64,000 nucleotides of DNA from Nitrospirota bacterium (lineage in GTDB: Bacteria; Nitrospirota; Nitrospiria; JACQBZ01): the NCBI GenBank assembly GCA_016201865.1, contig JACQCA010000025.1, positions 3,551 to 67,550 on the forward strand, read 5' to 3'. Positions 24,901 to 34,321 of this stretch are shown here, in pieces (position 1 is the first letter of the stretch; every line of letters begins with the position of its first letter). The notes below the pieces were generated by a model, which was given only the letters and a program-made list of their open reading frames with translations, did no database searches and was not told the DNA's origin. A program made the position numbers and the translations under genes.

Positions 24901-27900
24901 AAAATGGACGGAGCGCTTGAACTCGTTCCCCTCGCTTTATCACGCATGTTGCTTCTGACCAAGCAAGATCAAGCATGGATCATCCCTCTCGATCAGGCCG
25001 GGCTCAAAACAATTTCCACACCGGCCATCGGGTTTCGTTCGGCCGGGTTTCACCGACTGGAATTCAACGGCGTCATGGTACCCGGCCCGGCCTTGCCGAC
25101 CGGCGATGCGCCGCGGCAGCGGGCGTCCGGCTACGCCGCCATCGCTCTCGGAGCGGCCGATTATCTAACGCGTCGCGCCAAGGAGCATGCCGAAGGCCGC
25201 GTCCAGTTCGGCCATCAGATGCGGGACACGCAAGGCCGAGACGGGATCGCAAAGCTCGGCGCTGTGAAGGCCATGATCGCACGGATCGAGGCCTGGCATC
25301 TCCTCCTCTCGGTCCTTCTTGATTCCTCCGAACCCCGGCCGGATCTTTATGCGACGATTGCGGCTATGGCCTTCGGTCCGGAGGCGGGACAGATGGGATA
25401 CGACGCCGGGCAGATCTTCGGCGGAATGGCCTATTCCGAGGACGACCTCCTATCCCGCGCCTATCGTGACAGCGCCCTTTTTCGATACCTTTTGCCCGGA
25501 TTCGGCGTCGCGAGCCGTCTGATGAATCGGCTTCAAGGAACGTCCGGCGCGCTTGAATCATTGGATGACGCAACAGCCCGGATCTTCAAGCGGGTTCAAA
25601 ACGGGCCGATGGCGGATGCGGCCGCGCGGTGGAAAGAAAATGCAAGGCGTTGGGAAGCGCTTGCTTCCACAAGCGATCCGGCTAAGGCCGGGGAAGCCGC
25701 CGCGTTGCTTTTAGGATCGCGTCTTGTTTTGTGCGACATTCAGGAACGACTCGAAGCGGGATACTCGGTCGAAGGAGATGCGGCCGCAAGCACCGTGCTG
25801 ATCGGCCTGGCAGAACAGTCGGCGGATGTGATGGATCTCCTTCGCCGCGATGCTCCCCGACCGCCGTTAGCGGTCTTTCCGGAGCGGCCGGATCGGGAAC
25901 GCGTGGATCTTCCGCTGCGCTATGAGGAGATCTGCAATCCCTCGTCCGATCGTCCGGCGCCGCCCTACTCGTCCGGCCGGTATTTGACCGAGGCCTTTGA
26001 TCCCGCGCCTCGTTTTGTCCCGGAGATTCAGATCCATGACCCGTCGCTTCGAAAACGATGGGAAGACTGCAGCGACTGGTTCATTAAAAATTTCTGGACC
26101 AAAAGCTTTGAGGGGATGCATGTCGAGCGTTACGTCGAAAAGATTCACGGCATTCCCAAGGGCGTCCTCTACGGTTTTAAAGAAAACGGTTACTTTTCGA
26201 CGATCATCCCTCAAGAATTAGACGGCGGTGATTGGTGGAAGGCCGAATATTATATCCTGACCGCCGCGGCCGGTCGCTTCGGCGATGCGGGTCTGCTTTT
26301 AGTGATCATGGCCAGCACAAGCATCGGGACGACGCCGATGCTGTTGGGTCTGTATAAAGAGCTTCCGCTCGCGGCGGAGGAACTCGAACCCTTGGCCCAC
26401 GATCCACGACAGCTCGGCGAGATCGGCGGCCGCTTGAACGCCTTGATCGCCGGATTGAAACGTCCGGACCCCGGCCGAATCAAGAAGGACTTCACGGATT
26501 TGATGTCTCTGGTGGATTCGCGCATCCGTCATACCCGGGTCGTAAAATATCTTGCGGCCAACTTCCTCAAGGTTTTTTACGCCGCCGGAATCGCCGGGCA
26601 ACGACGGGATCTGGACGGCTTCGCACGAGGCCTGAAGGAGGCCCAGACCCTTTTCGATCACCTGAACCCGACGATCGGCGAGGCCCTGGCCGAGCTCCCG
26701 CGACGCGAGCGGGCCCATCAATTTTTCTTAAAAAAACTTGGGCATGGCGGAATCAGCGCCTTCGCGCTGACCGAACCGACGGCCGGCTCCGACACCGGCG
26801 GCGTGAAGACCTCGGCCCGGCCGATGAGCCGTCTGCTGACTCCTCTTGAGGATGGACGCTGTCGTTTCAGCTTAACGGAAGGCAAAACTCCCGACGACAA
26901 GTCAGCGCGGTATCTAATCGACGCCGACCGGATTCGGTTCGAGGCCAGACCGGGTTCACCTGTCATGGCGTACGAACTCTCTTCCGGCGAGGTCGTTCCG
27001 ATCTGCTGTGATGAATACAATTATGACACGGACGAGGGCCTGCGGTATTACCTCTTTGAAAATAAAAAGCGATGCTTTCATGATATCGCGCAAATCCGTA
27101 ACCGTGAAGGAAAACCGGTTTATGACTATTACGAACTGACCGGCGCAAAGATGTGGATTACAAACGGGCATGTGGCGACGCAATTTTGCTTATATGCGCA
27201 ATCCCCGGAGGGCGTGACGGGTTTCATCGTGGATCGTCATGCCGAGGGCCTAAAGGTCGGCGCCGATGAGCGGAAAATGGGGCAACGCGGCTCCCCAACC
27301 AACGAGATCGCGATCGACCAGGTCCGCGTCCCAAAGGAATGCATCATCGGCTACGAAGGCCACGGCCAGGTGAATGCACTTGAGACCTTGAATGTCGGCC
27401 GCTGCGGCCTGGCCGTCGCCTCGATTACGTTGATGCGGAAACTCTTGATCGAGGCGATCGAACAGGTTCCGGCTTCGCGAGAACGGGATGATCGTCTCTG
27501 CGAAGCGGCGGCCATTCTGTTCGGATCCGACTCGATGACATTTCACCTCATCGGCCTGTTTGACCGGCAGACGACCGAATCGGTCCGAATGGAATCGGCA
27601 ATCGCCAAGTACGCCTGTTCGGAAGACCTACACGAACTCACCGCCCTCGTCGAGCAGGCCTACGGTCCGGCCGGGACGACCGAACGGTATCGCGTCGAGA
27701 AGATCCGGCGGGATTCCCGGATTCTCAATATCTACGAAGGAACCAACGAGGTCCAACGTTTCCTGATCTTAAAAGACCTCGTCGCGATGGTGAAGGAATG
27801 GAAGCCGCTCCCGATTCCGGAGGGTTCGGATGCCGAGTCGCGTCTGGCCTTCTGGAAAGAAAGGCTTCGGGACCATGTGAAGACGGCCTCGGACCTTTTA

Positions 27901-30027
27901 GGCGACACGGTCTGGATGGACGCGATCCTTCAGCCGACCTACTTCCCGCTGGCCGATATGGCCGGTGAAATCTTCCGTCTGGATTGTTTGACCTACCGGA
28001 TCCGATGGCTCAAAGAAAACCGCGAACGGCTGGGGCCGGATTATACCGATCCCCTCCTCGCCGTGGGTGAGAGAGCCGTCCGGCGATGCGAACACCGCCT
28101 CTCGGCGCTTGACCGACGGTATCACCGAAATGCGGAGCGATCCGTCAGGGGCCTCTACGCATCGGAAGCGGTTGCGGCGGACGCGGCTCTGGAACGGATC
28201 GGGAGGAAGGCTCCGGACGATTCACCGCCCTTTGTCGGACTGAAACGTCCTTTGAATATCCTCTGCCTTCTCCGCCTGACGGCCGAGGTCGCTCCGATCC
28301 CTCGACTCCATGAAGGACGGCTTTCGGAAATCGTCTGGCGGTTCAACCCGACGGATGAGGCCGCGGTCCGTTCGGCTGTCCGATTAAAAGAGATCAGCCG
28401 TTCAGACGTGACGGTTCATCTCGTCATGCCCGGGGAACAGGATAAGGAACGTCATCTTCGATGGGCGCTCGGCAGCGGCGCGGATGCCGTCTACCGGATC
28501 AACGCCCCGGTGACGGCCGACGGACCGGTTTTTGTCGAGGCGATTTCCGAACTTGAAAAATCCGGGAAGTACGACCTGATCCTGACCGGCTCATTTTCGG
28601 AAGACGGCGGGGAACCGCTCGGGCCGTTCGTGGCCGGGGCCGTATCGCGTTTTTTTGCGAGGACTTCTTCAATCGAGGTCGTCAATGACGGGCTTGAACT
28701 CGCCGTAGGAACCGGTCCAAGTCGGTCAAGCCTGCAACTCCTGCCGAAAGAGCCGGTCGTTCTGGCCTGGGAGCGGACCGCGGCGCCGCTTCCGGTCGAG
28801 ATGAACCGATTGATCGAGGGGCAGTTGGCCCGCATCGAACGCCTGTCGGTTCGGGAGAAGATCGTTTCCGATCGGTGGGTTCCCGCTCGAGCCGTCGTCA
28901 GAAAAAGCAAAACGATCCGTGAACTGGCCGGTGTGGCCGATCATCTCAAAACCTATCTGGCCGAAGCTCGCGCGATGAAGGCCGAACCTTATTCATCAAA
29001 GATCATCGAGATGCCGCTTCCGGCCGGGCCGGCGGTCTGGACGGTGATCGAAGCGCTTCAGCCCAAGGCGATTCCGGCCCTCGTTGGCGCGGCAAGTTTC
29101 TTGGGTCGGTCGCTGGATCAAGAAAGTTATGCCGTTGTGCTGGGATCGGAGAAAACCTGGCCCCAGCTTGTGGGTCTGGCACGGGCCCGCGGACTGACCG
29201 GGGCGGTTTGTGTCCCAACTCCCGACGGTCCATTAACCGAATCGGGACGGCTGGAATGGCTCAAAAAATTTGCGGGTCTTGCCCACGACCTTCGGATTGT
29301 ATGCGGTCCAGGCTGGGCCGATGCCCTTTCCTATCAGTCGGGCCGACTCAACGGAAAACGATCCATGCTTTTCACCGACGTGATCGAAATAGACCGGCGT
29401 GAAGGGCTTCTGCTTTACAAGTCGGCCTATCACGGAAAATTACGACGTTCCATCACTCTGACACCGTCCCAGACACCGATGGCGTTCATGACGGTCTCCC
29501 CGACCGCGGATTTCCAGTCGGGCGGACCTTCGTCCCGTTTCACGGCCGCGACAGCCGACAATAAAATACTGGCCGTCCATCCCGACTGGTTCGAGTCAAC
29601 GCCTCCGGTTGCGCAGGATGACTTGACCTCGGCCGAGGTGATTATTGATGTCGGATACGGTGTTCGGAATCAGGAAGGGTTCAGCCTGACGGTTCAACTT
29701 AAAGAGACGCTTGAGCGAATGGGTCTGACGGTCCATCTGGGGGCCACCCGAAAGGTAACGCAGGATCTGAAACTTCTTCCGCTCGATCATCAAATCGGCC
29801 AGACCGGCGTGCGAGTGAACCCGAAACTGATCCTGGCGCTCGGAATTTCCGGCGCGCCGCAGCATATGGACTACATCGGCGACCGCGCCGTGATTTTCGC
29901 CTTCAACAAAGATCCCGAGGCCCCGTTGATGAAATTCAACGAGACCCGTCCGGCCCCGATCATCCACCCCATCGTGGGCGATCTGTTCGAGACGATTCCG
30001 AAATTAATTACGATGCTGTCTGCGTGA
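21991..30027 (+). CDS. 2678-aa multidomain flavoprotein: FixC-like, FixX-like, degenerate ACAD, intact ACAD, ETF-beta, ETF-alpha
   Basis: FDVIVIGCGPAG; CPARVY..CIKCETC; QIFGGMAYSED..RAYRD; FALTEPTAGSD, GAKMWITNG, KMGQRGS, IYEGTNEVQR; FNPTDEAAV..ALGSGAD; QIGQTG..GISGAPQH..NKDPEAP. Confidence 0.9.
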   Translation: MKRLRFDVIVIGCGPAGATAAVTLARAGLSVLVLEAGVYAGAENWSGCVYFAENLARPDAFGEEAVLAAPYERRLVRRGIFLYNGLDLLGLSYHNWDTFRHCYTVLRPVYDPYWAGLAENHGAMVLPKTTVTSLIRRGGRVIGVETEHGPVYAEVTFIAEGDASHLIRRERLERVSAPHFMQGVKAVLNLPPSVIEERFRLLPGEGCAYEYLIRNGRIGGQTLHLNIGAFLYTNRNSLSFGYVVPLDNLKEAYRGDHARLLEWLRGLPHFRSLLSGSTLSAYGAKLIRSGGLKEQPILVEDGLAVGGAATGLGIDLPYPNFTGPASASGLIFARAVRRLLSDGRPITADRLRQAYLEPLQAGVYGLNAAFLSDWPDYLESSRTLFGRSVDLACGSVHFLTQPKARLRRTARFLRGQMTIKAARELLKDTLRMMRASGLRSALSGSFRLSLMGRWIANQFRPDRKTDSGFSITFLSADGNPAEIRNLPWPLRGLLARLSPGLAEGMKTVYANDGKPMSEKFREMTEAVLRRLRLTDGILLPAVILYIVVLAAATALLDFIRYYFFRWPVEKVLGGAVSDYLQAQQTAQDLDQVKTVDSFETKLAANSYHIGRRSHIRVLWPAEPARHGDLAQSPLWSVCPARVYQYDPPLIGRGIVTINYENCIKCETCWHAADDPVRWGRHTDHRLIYRPESDALDILIAKEASSSRPHPPREKSFGTSPQTLSILREALPKETLDALSESVASALQAVRAFETAVDHLPASADATRREWPRKIGVTALRRIEDLAVRLSTGEVRKIFSSLEIPAETLTEWLQILEDDRKDLDHQLSIGQEFHALSAARRIREEVLTDLNEIMGHRTSPTSLPPISEDRYRTPLHDRISALFPDRIVKTWEEAPIPHDARERLLFLFMEQAERPLPLIRALSSVNPALGLLASRQMEASAILKQTHQPLRPDLCAVDGEGLSMMVTPQGLKMDGALELVPLALSRMLLLTKQDQAWIIPLDQAGLKTISTPAIGFRSAGFHRLEFNGVMVPGPALPTGDAPRQRASGYAAIALGAADYLTRRAKEHAEGRVQFGHQMRDTQGRDGIAKLGAVKAMIARIEAWHLLLSVLLDSSEPRPDLYATIAAMAFGPEAGQMGYDAGQIFGGMAYSEDDLLSRAYRDSALFRYLLPGFGVASRLMNRLQGTSGALESLDDATARIFKRVQNGPMADAAARWKENARRWEALASTSDPAKAGEAAALLLGSRLVLCDIQERLEAGYSVEGDAAASTVLIGLAEQSADVMDLLRRDAPRPPLAVFPERPDRERVDLPLRYEEICNPSSDRPAPPYSSGRYLTEAFDPAPRFVPEIQIHDPSLRKRWEDCSDWFIKNFWTKSFEGMHVERYVEKIHGIPKGVLYGFKENGYFSTIIPQELDGGDWWKAEYYILTAAAGRFGDAGLLLVIMASTSIGTTPMLLGLYKELPLAAEELEPLAHDPRQLGEIGGRLNALIAGLKRPDPGRIKKDFTDLMSLVDSRIRHTRVVKYLAANFLKVFYAAGIAGQRRDLDGFARGLKEAQTLFDHLNPTIGEALAELPRRERAHQFFLKKLGHGGISAFALTEPTAGSDTGGVKTSARPMSRLLTPLEDGRCRFSLTEGKTPDDKSARYLIDADRIRFEARPGSPVMAYELSSGEVVPICCDEYNYDTDEGLRYYLFENKKRCFHDIAQIRNREGKPVYDYYELTGAKMWITNGHVATQFCLYAQSPEGVTGFIVDRHAEGLKVGADERKMGQRGSPTNEIAIDQVRVPKECIIGYEGHGQVNALETLNVGRCGLAVASITLMRKLLIEAIEQVPASRERDDRLCEAAAILFGSDSMTFHLIGLFDRQTTESVRMESAIAKYACSEDLHELTALVEQAYGPAGTTERYRVEKIRRDSRILNIYEGTNEVQRFLILKDLVAMVKEWKPLPIPEGSDAESRLAFWKERLRDHVKTASDLLGDTVWMDAILQPTYFPLADMAGEIFRLDCLTYRIRWLKENRERLGPDYTDPLLAVGERAVRRCEHRLSALDRRYHRNAERSVRGLYASEAVAADAALERIGRKAPDDSPPFVGLKRPLNILCLLRLTAEVAPIPRLHEGRLSEIVWRFNPTDEAAVRSAVRLKEISRSDVTVHLVMPGEQDKERHLRWALGSGADAVYRINAPVTADGPVFVEAISELEKSGKYDLILTGSFSEDGGEPLGPFVAGAVSRFFARTSSIEVVNDGLELAVGTGPSRSSLQLLPKEPVVLAWERTAAPLPVEMNRLIEGQLARIERLSVREKIVSDRWVPARAVVRKSKTIRELAGVADHLKTYLAEARAMKAEPYSSKIIEMPLPAGPAVWTVIEALQPKAIPALVGAASFLGRSLDQESYAVVLGSEKTWPQLVGLARARGLTGAVCVPTPDGPLTESGRLEWLKKFAGLAHDLRIVCGPGWADALSYQSGRLNGKRSMLFTDVIEIDRREGLLLYKSAYHGKLRRSITLTPSQTPMAFMTVSPTADFQSGGPSSRFTAATADNKILAVHPDWFESTPPVAQDDLTSAEVIIDVGYGVRNQEGFSLTVQLKETLERMGLTVHLGATRKVTQDLKLLPLDHQIGQTGVRVNPKLILALGISGAPQHMDYIGDRAVIFAFNKDPEAPLMKFNETRPAPIIHPIVGDLFETIPKLITMLSA

Positions 30028-30044
30028 TAATCCGTTAGGCACCC

Positions 30045-30114
30045 GTAGGGGCGAGGCGGTGCCTCGCCCTATCTATGACCAAACAAACAGGGCGACCCAC
30101 CGGGTCGCCCCTAC
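30045..30114. repeat. GTAG-family REP doublet
   Basis: GTAGGGGCGAGGC..GCCTCGCCC, spacer, GGGCGACCC..GGGTCGCCCCTAC. Confidence 0.8.
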
Positions 30115-30150
30115 GTAAAACATAAAATTCGATATATTAGGTATCCTAAG

Positions 30151-30591
30151 ATGAATCAGTCCCTTCCCCTCCGTTCTCCCCGCGAAACTCTCGGCGGCTA
30201 TGTATTTCTTCCGCGGCTGATCGACAAGGTCCGGTTGCATGCGGAAGGAAAACTCCCGACGGAATACGTGGGCAATCTCCTTAAACCGGGATTGACACTG
30301 GATGGACGTCTTCTCACCTTCACCGGACTAGATGCAGAGGAATTGCGACGCGCGATTTTAGCCGTGAAGACGGATGAGGAAGTTCTGGTTTGGGTGGAAC
30401 GCCATGCGAAGCCGCACACCAAGACTGAAAAACAGCAATGGATTGCGGAAATCGAGGTTTATCGACCGAACATGGAGTGGGCACAGTGGCGAAGAGCGGT
30501 TTACAAAGAAGTCGCCGCTAAAGTCGATCCGGCCACGCTGAATGTTTTTGATCTGATCGATATGGACGAAGGCCGTGTTCCGATGAAATAA
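30151..30591 (+). CDS. DUF5069 domain protein
   Basis: LRSPRETLGGYVFLPRLIDKVRL..FDLIDMDEGR. Confidence 0.85.
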   Translation: MNQSLPLRSPRETLGGYVFLPRLIDKVRLHAEGKLPTEYVGNLLKPGLTLDGRLLTFTGLDAEELRRAILAVKTDEEVLVWVERHAKPHTKTEKQQWIAEIEVYRPNMEWAQWRRAVYKEVAAKVDPATLNVFDLIDMDEGRVPMK

Positions 30592-30638
30592 AAAGACCCA
30601 TTCCATTCCAGTCGTCCACCCGGATGAAAACGGCCGTC

Positions 30639-31181
30639 TCAGCGTTTGTATGTCCCCATGATCTGTGTTTCACTTAGCACGTGGTCCTTGATGGCGGATA
30701 GGAGTTGCGGCTTGGTCGCGCGGGGCGGAAGGCTCAGTTTTTTGTCGAGGGCGTACAGTTTGAAGAAATAACGGTGGGGTTTCCCGGGCGGCGGGCACGG
30801 GCCGCCGAAACCGATCCGGCCGAAGTCATTGAGTCCCTGTCGGGATCCATCGGGGAGCGTCTCCTGTTTGGGAACACCCTCCGGCAACCGGCGGGCTTCG
30901 GCCGGAAGGTCGTACAGCACCCAATGAACCCAGGTGCCCATCGGAGCGTCCGGGTCATCGGCGATCATTGCGAAACTTTTCGTCCCGTTCGGCGGATCGG
31001 TCCAGGTGAGCGGAATCGAAACATCCGGTCCGTCGCAGGTATATTTCTTTGGAATGGGCTTACTCTGGGAAAACGCGGAGGTCGTAATTTCAAAGGCCAT
31101 GGTTTCTCCTCTTCCGACCCACAGGAAGCTCGCGATGATAACGGTTGACAGGACAACGGCCGGTCTTGTTTTACCGCTCAA
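30639..31181 (-). CDS. YbhB/YbcL (PEBP) family protein
   Basis: IPKKYTCDG, DDPDAP, WVHW, GPCPPPGKPHRYFF. Confidence 0.93.
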   Translation of the reverse strand: MSGKTRPAVVLSTVIIASFLWVGRGETMAFEITTSAFSQSKPIPKKYTCDGPDVSIPLTWTDPPNGTKSFAMIADDPDAPMGTWVHWVLYDLPAEARRLPEGVPKQETLPDGSRQGLNDFGRIGFGGPCPPPGKPHRYFFKLYALDKKLSLPPRATKPQLLSAIKDHVLSETQIMGTYKR

Positions 31182-31543
31182 GGTTTTGCGCCTTTATAAT
31201 AGATGCCGAAGACGAGATCCCCCCCATCCTCTTTGACCGTCACCTGCGCATTCCCGAACTGCTTTTTTTCCGGAATGTCGCGCATGAACTGCTCCCGGTC
31301 GGCCTCATTAAAATAGCCTTTCGGCGTCGCGACCTCCCATGTTTTTTCAAGTCCTTTGGGGCCGTACAATTCCGCATAAACCTTTTTCCAGGTTTTTTCG
31401 CCCGCGTTCGAGGATACCGAAGGCGCCGATTCCGATTCGACGGGGTGCCGGTACATGGACCGTTGTGGATTCGTATTCATGGTCAAATAGATGAACGACG
31501 CCAACACAACGAACATGATGACCCAAAAAACAACCGCTTTCAT
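31178..31543 (-). CDS. hypothetical membrane-anchored protein
   Basis: N-terminal TM helix; overlaps the start of the next gene. Confidence 0.65.
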   Translation of the reverse strand: MKAVVFWVIMFVVLASFIYLTMNTNPQRSMYRHPVESESAPSVSSNAGEKTWKKVYAELYGPKGLEKTWEVATPKGYFNEADREQFMRDIPEKKQFGNAQVTVKEDGGDLVFGIYYKGAKP

Positions 31544-31552
31544 TTTATTTCC

Positions 31553-32032
31553 CTAATGACAATATTGCCGGATGTATGTTTGGGCATGGTCGGCCTTGGT
31601 CGGCTCCATCACCTCCGGCGGGGCAATCTTCAGAAACTGCTCATACCTCCGACAGGCCTCGCTGATGCGGCCGATTTTTTCGTTGGCCCAGGCCGTCATA
31701 AAAACAGGGGTGTAGATCAAAGGCCGGCCCGTGATTTGATAGTCCTTGGCCAGGGCCGCCGCGATCTGAAACTCCATGATCGCCTCTTCAAATCCGGCCT
31801 CGGACATCGCGATCATCCCCTGACGGTTGTGCTCGTAGGCTTCATCGTCGGACTGAGCCATGCCCGCCGGCCCTTGTGCGATAACGACGAGGCCCATAAC
31901 CGAGAGAAAGGCAAGAATCCGGGCCGGTTTGGATCGGATCACAAACCCCCTCACATCGATCAGAACAATATGGGCCACCGTATCAAGATGGTCGTGAAAT
32001 GTCAAGGACGATGGGGAAAGATTTCGGTTCAA
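31553..32032 (-). CDS. exported TPR-like hypothetical protein (true start probably downstream)
   Basis: signal-like segment followed by helical repeats. Confidence 0.6.
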   Translation of the reverse strand: MNRNLSPSSLTFHDHLDTVAHIVLIDVRGFVIRSKPARILAFLSVMGLVVIAQGPAGMAQSDDEAYEHNRQGMIAMSEAGFEEAIMEFQIAAALAKDYQITGRPLIYTPVFMTAWANEKIGRISEACRRYEQFLKIAPPEVMEPTKADHAQTYIRQYCH

Positions 32033-32072
32033 CTACGGGGACGGTTTTAGTATAATAAACCTTATCCGTAGG

Positions 32073-32657
32073 ATGCTCATGGTCAAAGACAATCACCATG
32101 CCAAAGCGATGGAGCTTCGGAAAAAGCTCCGCGACCGGGTCGGCGAGCTTCAGGGCCGCGTCGAGAAAAGTTCTTCCGAGGCCTTCGAGCGCGTTTTTCA
32201 TGAACGCATGGACACCTACTTCACGCAGCAAGAACGCCTCGAAGAGATGGAGCAGGTGCTTGTGCAGGTGAGGGAAGAGATCGATCGGGCGGCCGACATG
32301 GACGGGCTGAAAAAGCTTGCGGATCGGCTGAACTTCCTCGAAGATCATTTCGAGGAGATCGACAGCCAATTGTACGAACGTCCGGCGCGCCGCCGCGATC
32401 GTTTCAACTTTTTTGAATTTTTTCGCCAAGCAACCGGCGGCCAAGCCTCCGGAAACCAAAATGAAATCAACAACGAGACCGAAGCCTATCTGGAACTGGG
32501 CATGGAGCCCGGCTCCAGCATGAAATCGATCACGGCAAGGTTCCGCCGGCTTGTGAAAGAGCTGCACCCGGACCGTCGCGGAGGAGACCGCAGCGCCGAA
32601 CCGAGATTAAGAAGGCTGGTCGTCGCTTACGAATTCATCAAAAAGAGAACCGCCTGA
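32073..32657 (+). CDS. coiled-coil protein with C-terminal J domain
   Basis: AYLELGM..FRRLVKELHPD..AYE. Confidence 0.85.
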   Translation: MLMVKDNHHAKAMELRKKLRDRVGELQGRVEKSSSEAFERVFHERMDTYFTQQERLEEMEQVLVQVREEIDRAADMDGLKKLADRLNFLEDHFEEIDSQLYERPARRRDRFNFFEFFRQATGGQASGNQNEINNETEAYLELGMEPGSSMKSITARFRRLVKELHPDRRGGDRSAEPRLRRLVVAYEFIKKRTA

Positions 32658-32666
32658 GGAACCGAA

Positions 32667-32855
32667 ATGAGCAAAAAACCGAAACAGCCTGAAAAACAAG
32701 ATCAACCGAAAAAGGAAGAAAAAAAGAAGCCGATTCATATCGTTCTTCCGGTTCTTCCGAGCGATGAGGGCACGTTGGACGACGAGATGAACGAACTGTT
32801 TGAGGAGGACAAGGTCAAGCACAAACACGGACAGACAGAACCGGAACGGGATTAA
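32667..32855 (+). CDS. small charged hypothetical protein
   Basis: GAGGA RBS, 62 aa, directly after J-domain gene. Confidence 0.55.
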   Translation: MSKKPKQPEKQDQPKKEEKKKPIHIVLPVLPSDEGTLDDEMNELFEEDKVKHKHGQTEPERD

Positions 32856-32861
32856 CCGGGC

Positions 32862-32996
32862 TTAATAACCCGTTCCCCGTCTCATGATCGCAATCAGCGC
32901 CACGAGCAGAATTCCCACCGTGCCGACGATCAGGATAATGCGTATGATCCGATTGACCTTCTCCAGTCGACTGGGCTCTTTTGCCGGGTCGTCCAT
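32862..32996 (-). CDS. 44-aa single-TM protein (not in ORF track)
   Basis: MDDPAKEPSRLEKVNRIIRIILIVGTVGILLVALIAIMRRGTGY; AGGAGG RBS upstream. Confidence 0.65.
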   Translation of the reverse strand: MDDPAKEPSRLEKVNRIIRIILIVGTVGILLVALIAIMRRGTGY

Positions 32997-33024
32997 GCCG
33001 GCCTCCTGTTTTAAACGTTTCCCG

Positions 33025-33852
33025 TTATTTTGATTTTAAGTAACGTTCAAAGGTTTCGAGCGGCTGCGCCCCGGCCACAAATTCTCCGTTGAGCAGAAAG
33101 GTCGGCGTGGCCGTTACCCCGATCTTGCGCGCATCGGCCATATCGCTCTCGATCCGCGAGGCCTGCTCTCCTTTATCATAACAGGTCATCAACTTTTTTG
33201 TTTCGAGCCCCTGCTGATCGGACCACCGCTCGACCTGCTCCCGAAGCTGCGAGTCGCTTTTGACGGGGGGATCCGAAAAAAAACCATCGTGAAAAAACCA
33301 GAAGGCCGAGGCCTTCTGAGAACGGGCGCATTCGGCCGCAAGGGCCATTTTGTAAGCGAGCGGATGGATCTCGGCGATCGGGAAATGTTTGTAGTAAACC
33401 GCCACGTCCTGGGGATACTTTTTTATTAACTCCGAAATCGGTCCGCTCGACTGCTTGCAATAAGGGCATTGGAAATCGGAAAACTCCACGATGACCAGCT
33501 TGCCGCCGGGCTTCCCGCGAGGAACCCGGTCGTTGAGATCCAGGGCCTTGATGTCGTAATGAATCGGCTCCGGCGGTCCGGCCCGAAGCGCCGTCAGATT
33601 CTGTTGCGTGCTTAAGTCAAAGATCTGGCCCAGGATGATCTTCGTCCCGGACAGATAAATTGTCCCGTTCTGGCGCTGTCCGTTCGTCTCGACCGTGAAT
33701 TTGAGTTCCAGCAGCCCCGGGATGGGCGAAGGCCCGGGAATCCGGTCGAAAGCCCCGACCGCGATCCAGACCAGAAAGAACGCCCCGATGCCGATGATCC
33801 GTAACGGACGCGCGGAACTCATCCTAAAGAAGCCATTTTTGAATCGCCTCAT
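33025..33852 (-). CDS. DsbA/DsbG-family thiol-disulfide oxidoreductase
   Basis: EFSDFQCPYC, GVTATPTF. Confidence 0.9.
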   Translation of the reverse strand: MRRFKNGFFRMSSARPLRIIGIGAFFLVWIAVGAFDRIPGPSPIPGLLELKFTVETNGQRQNGTIYLSGTKIILGQIFDLSTQQNLTALRAGPPEPIHYDIKALDLNDRVPRGKPGGKLVIVEFSDFQCPYCKQSSGPISELIKKYPQDVAVYYKHFPIAEIHPLAYKMALAAECARSQKASAFWFFHDGFFSDPPVKSDSQLREQVERWSDQQGLETKKLMTCYDKGEQASRIESDMADARKIGVTATPTFLLNGEFVAGAQPLETFERYLKSK

Positions 33853-33868
33853 CCGGCTCCGATGAATT

Positions 33869-34297
33869 TTATCCCGCTAATTTGGCATCCATCCGGATCT
33901 CCACGGCGCCGAGCGCTTGCGACACCGGGCATCCCTTTTTAGCCTGTTCTGCATGCTGGAGAAAGGTGGTCTTGTCGATCCCTGCCACGTCCCCCTCGGT
34001 GCTCAAATCAATATGGGTGATCTTGAAGCCCTCACCCACTTTTTCAAGATGAACCTTGGCCACCGTGTGGATGCGTTTCGGTTTAAAACCTGCTTTGGCC
34101 AGAATATTGGCAAAGGCCATCGAGAAACAGCCCGCGTGTGCGGCTCCAATGAGCTCTTCGGGGTTGGTGCCTGTCCCCTCCTCGAAACGCGATGAAAATG
34201 AGTACGCCCCGTGAAACGCGCCGCTTCCGAGCTTCATGATTCCCTTGCCGTCCTTTAACGCGCCCTGCCATTCCGCTTCCGATCTGCGCACAGCCAT
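33869..34297 (-). CDS. osmC: OsmC peroxiredoxin
   Basis: GTNPEELIGAAHAGCFSMA, CPVSQAL; start at ATG 34297 after AGGAGG. Confidence 0.93.
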   Translation of the reverse strand: MAVRRSEAEWQGALKDGKGIMKLGSGAFHGAYSFSSRFEEGTGTNPEELIGAAHAGCFSMAFANILAKAGFKPKRIHTVAKVHLEKVGEGFKITHIDLSTEGDVAGIDKTTFLQHAEQAKKGCPVSQALGAVEIRMDAKLAG

Positions 34298-34321
34298 GAT
34301 CGTTCCTCCTTTCAAAGTGTT

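Noticed and set aside
21991..30027. Reading FixC/FixX/ETF domains as evidence for nitrogen fixation
   Set aside because: No nif genes in the window; the fused ACADs indicate acyl-CoA redox chemistry
31145..32050. 301-aa + strand ORF
   Set aside because: Antisense to a coherent set of - strand genes
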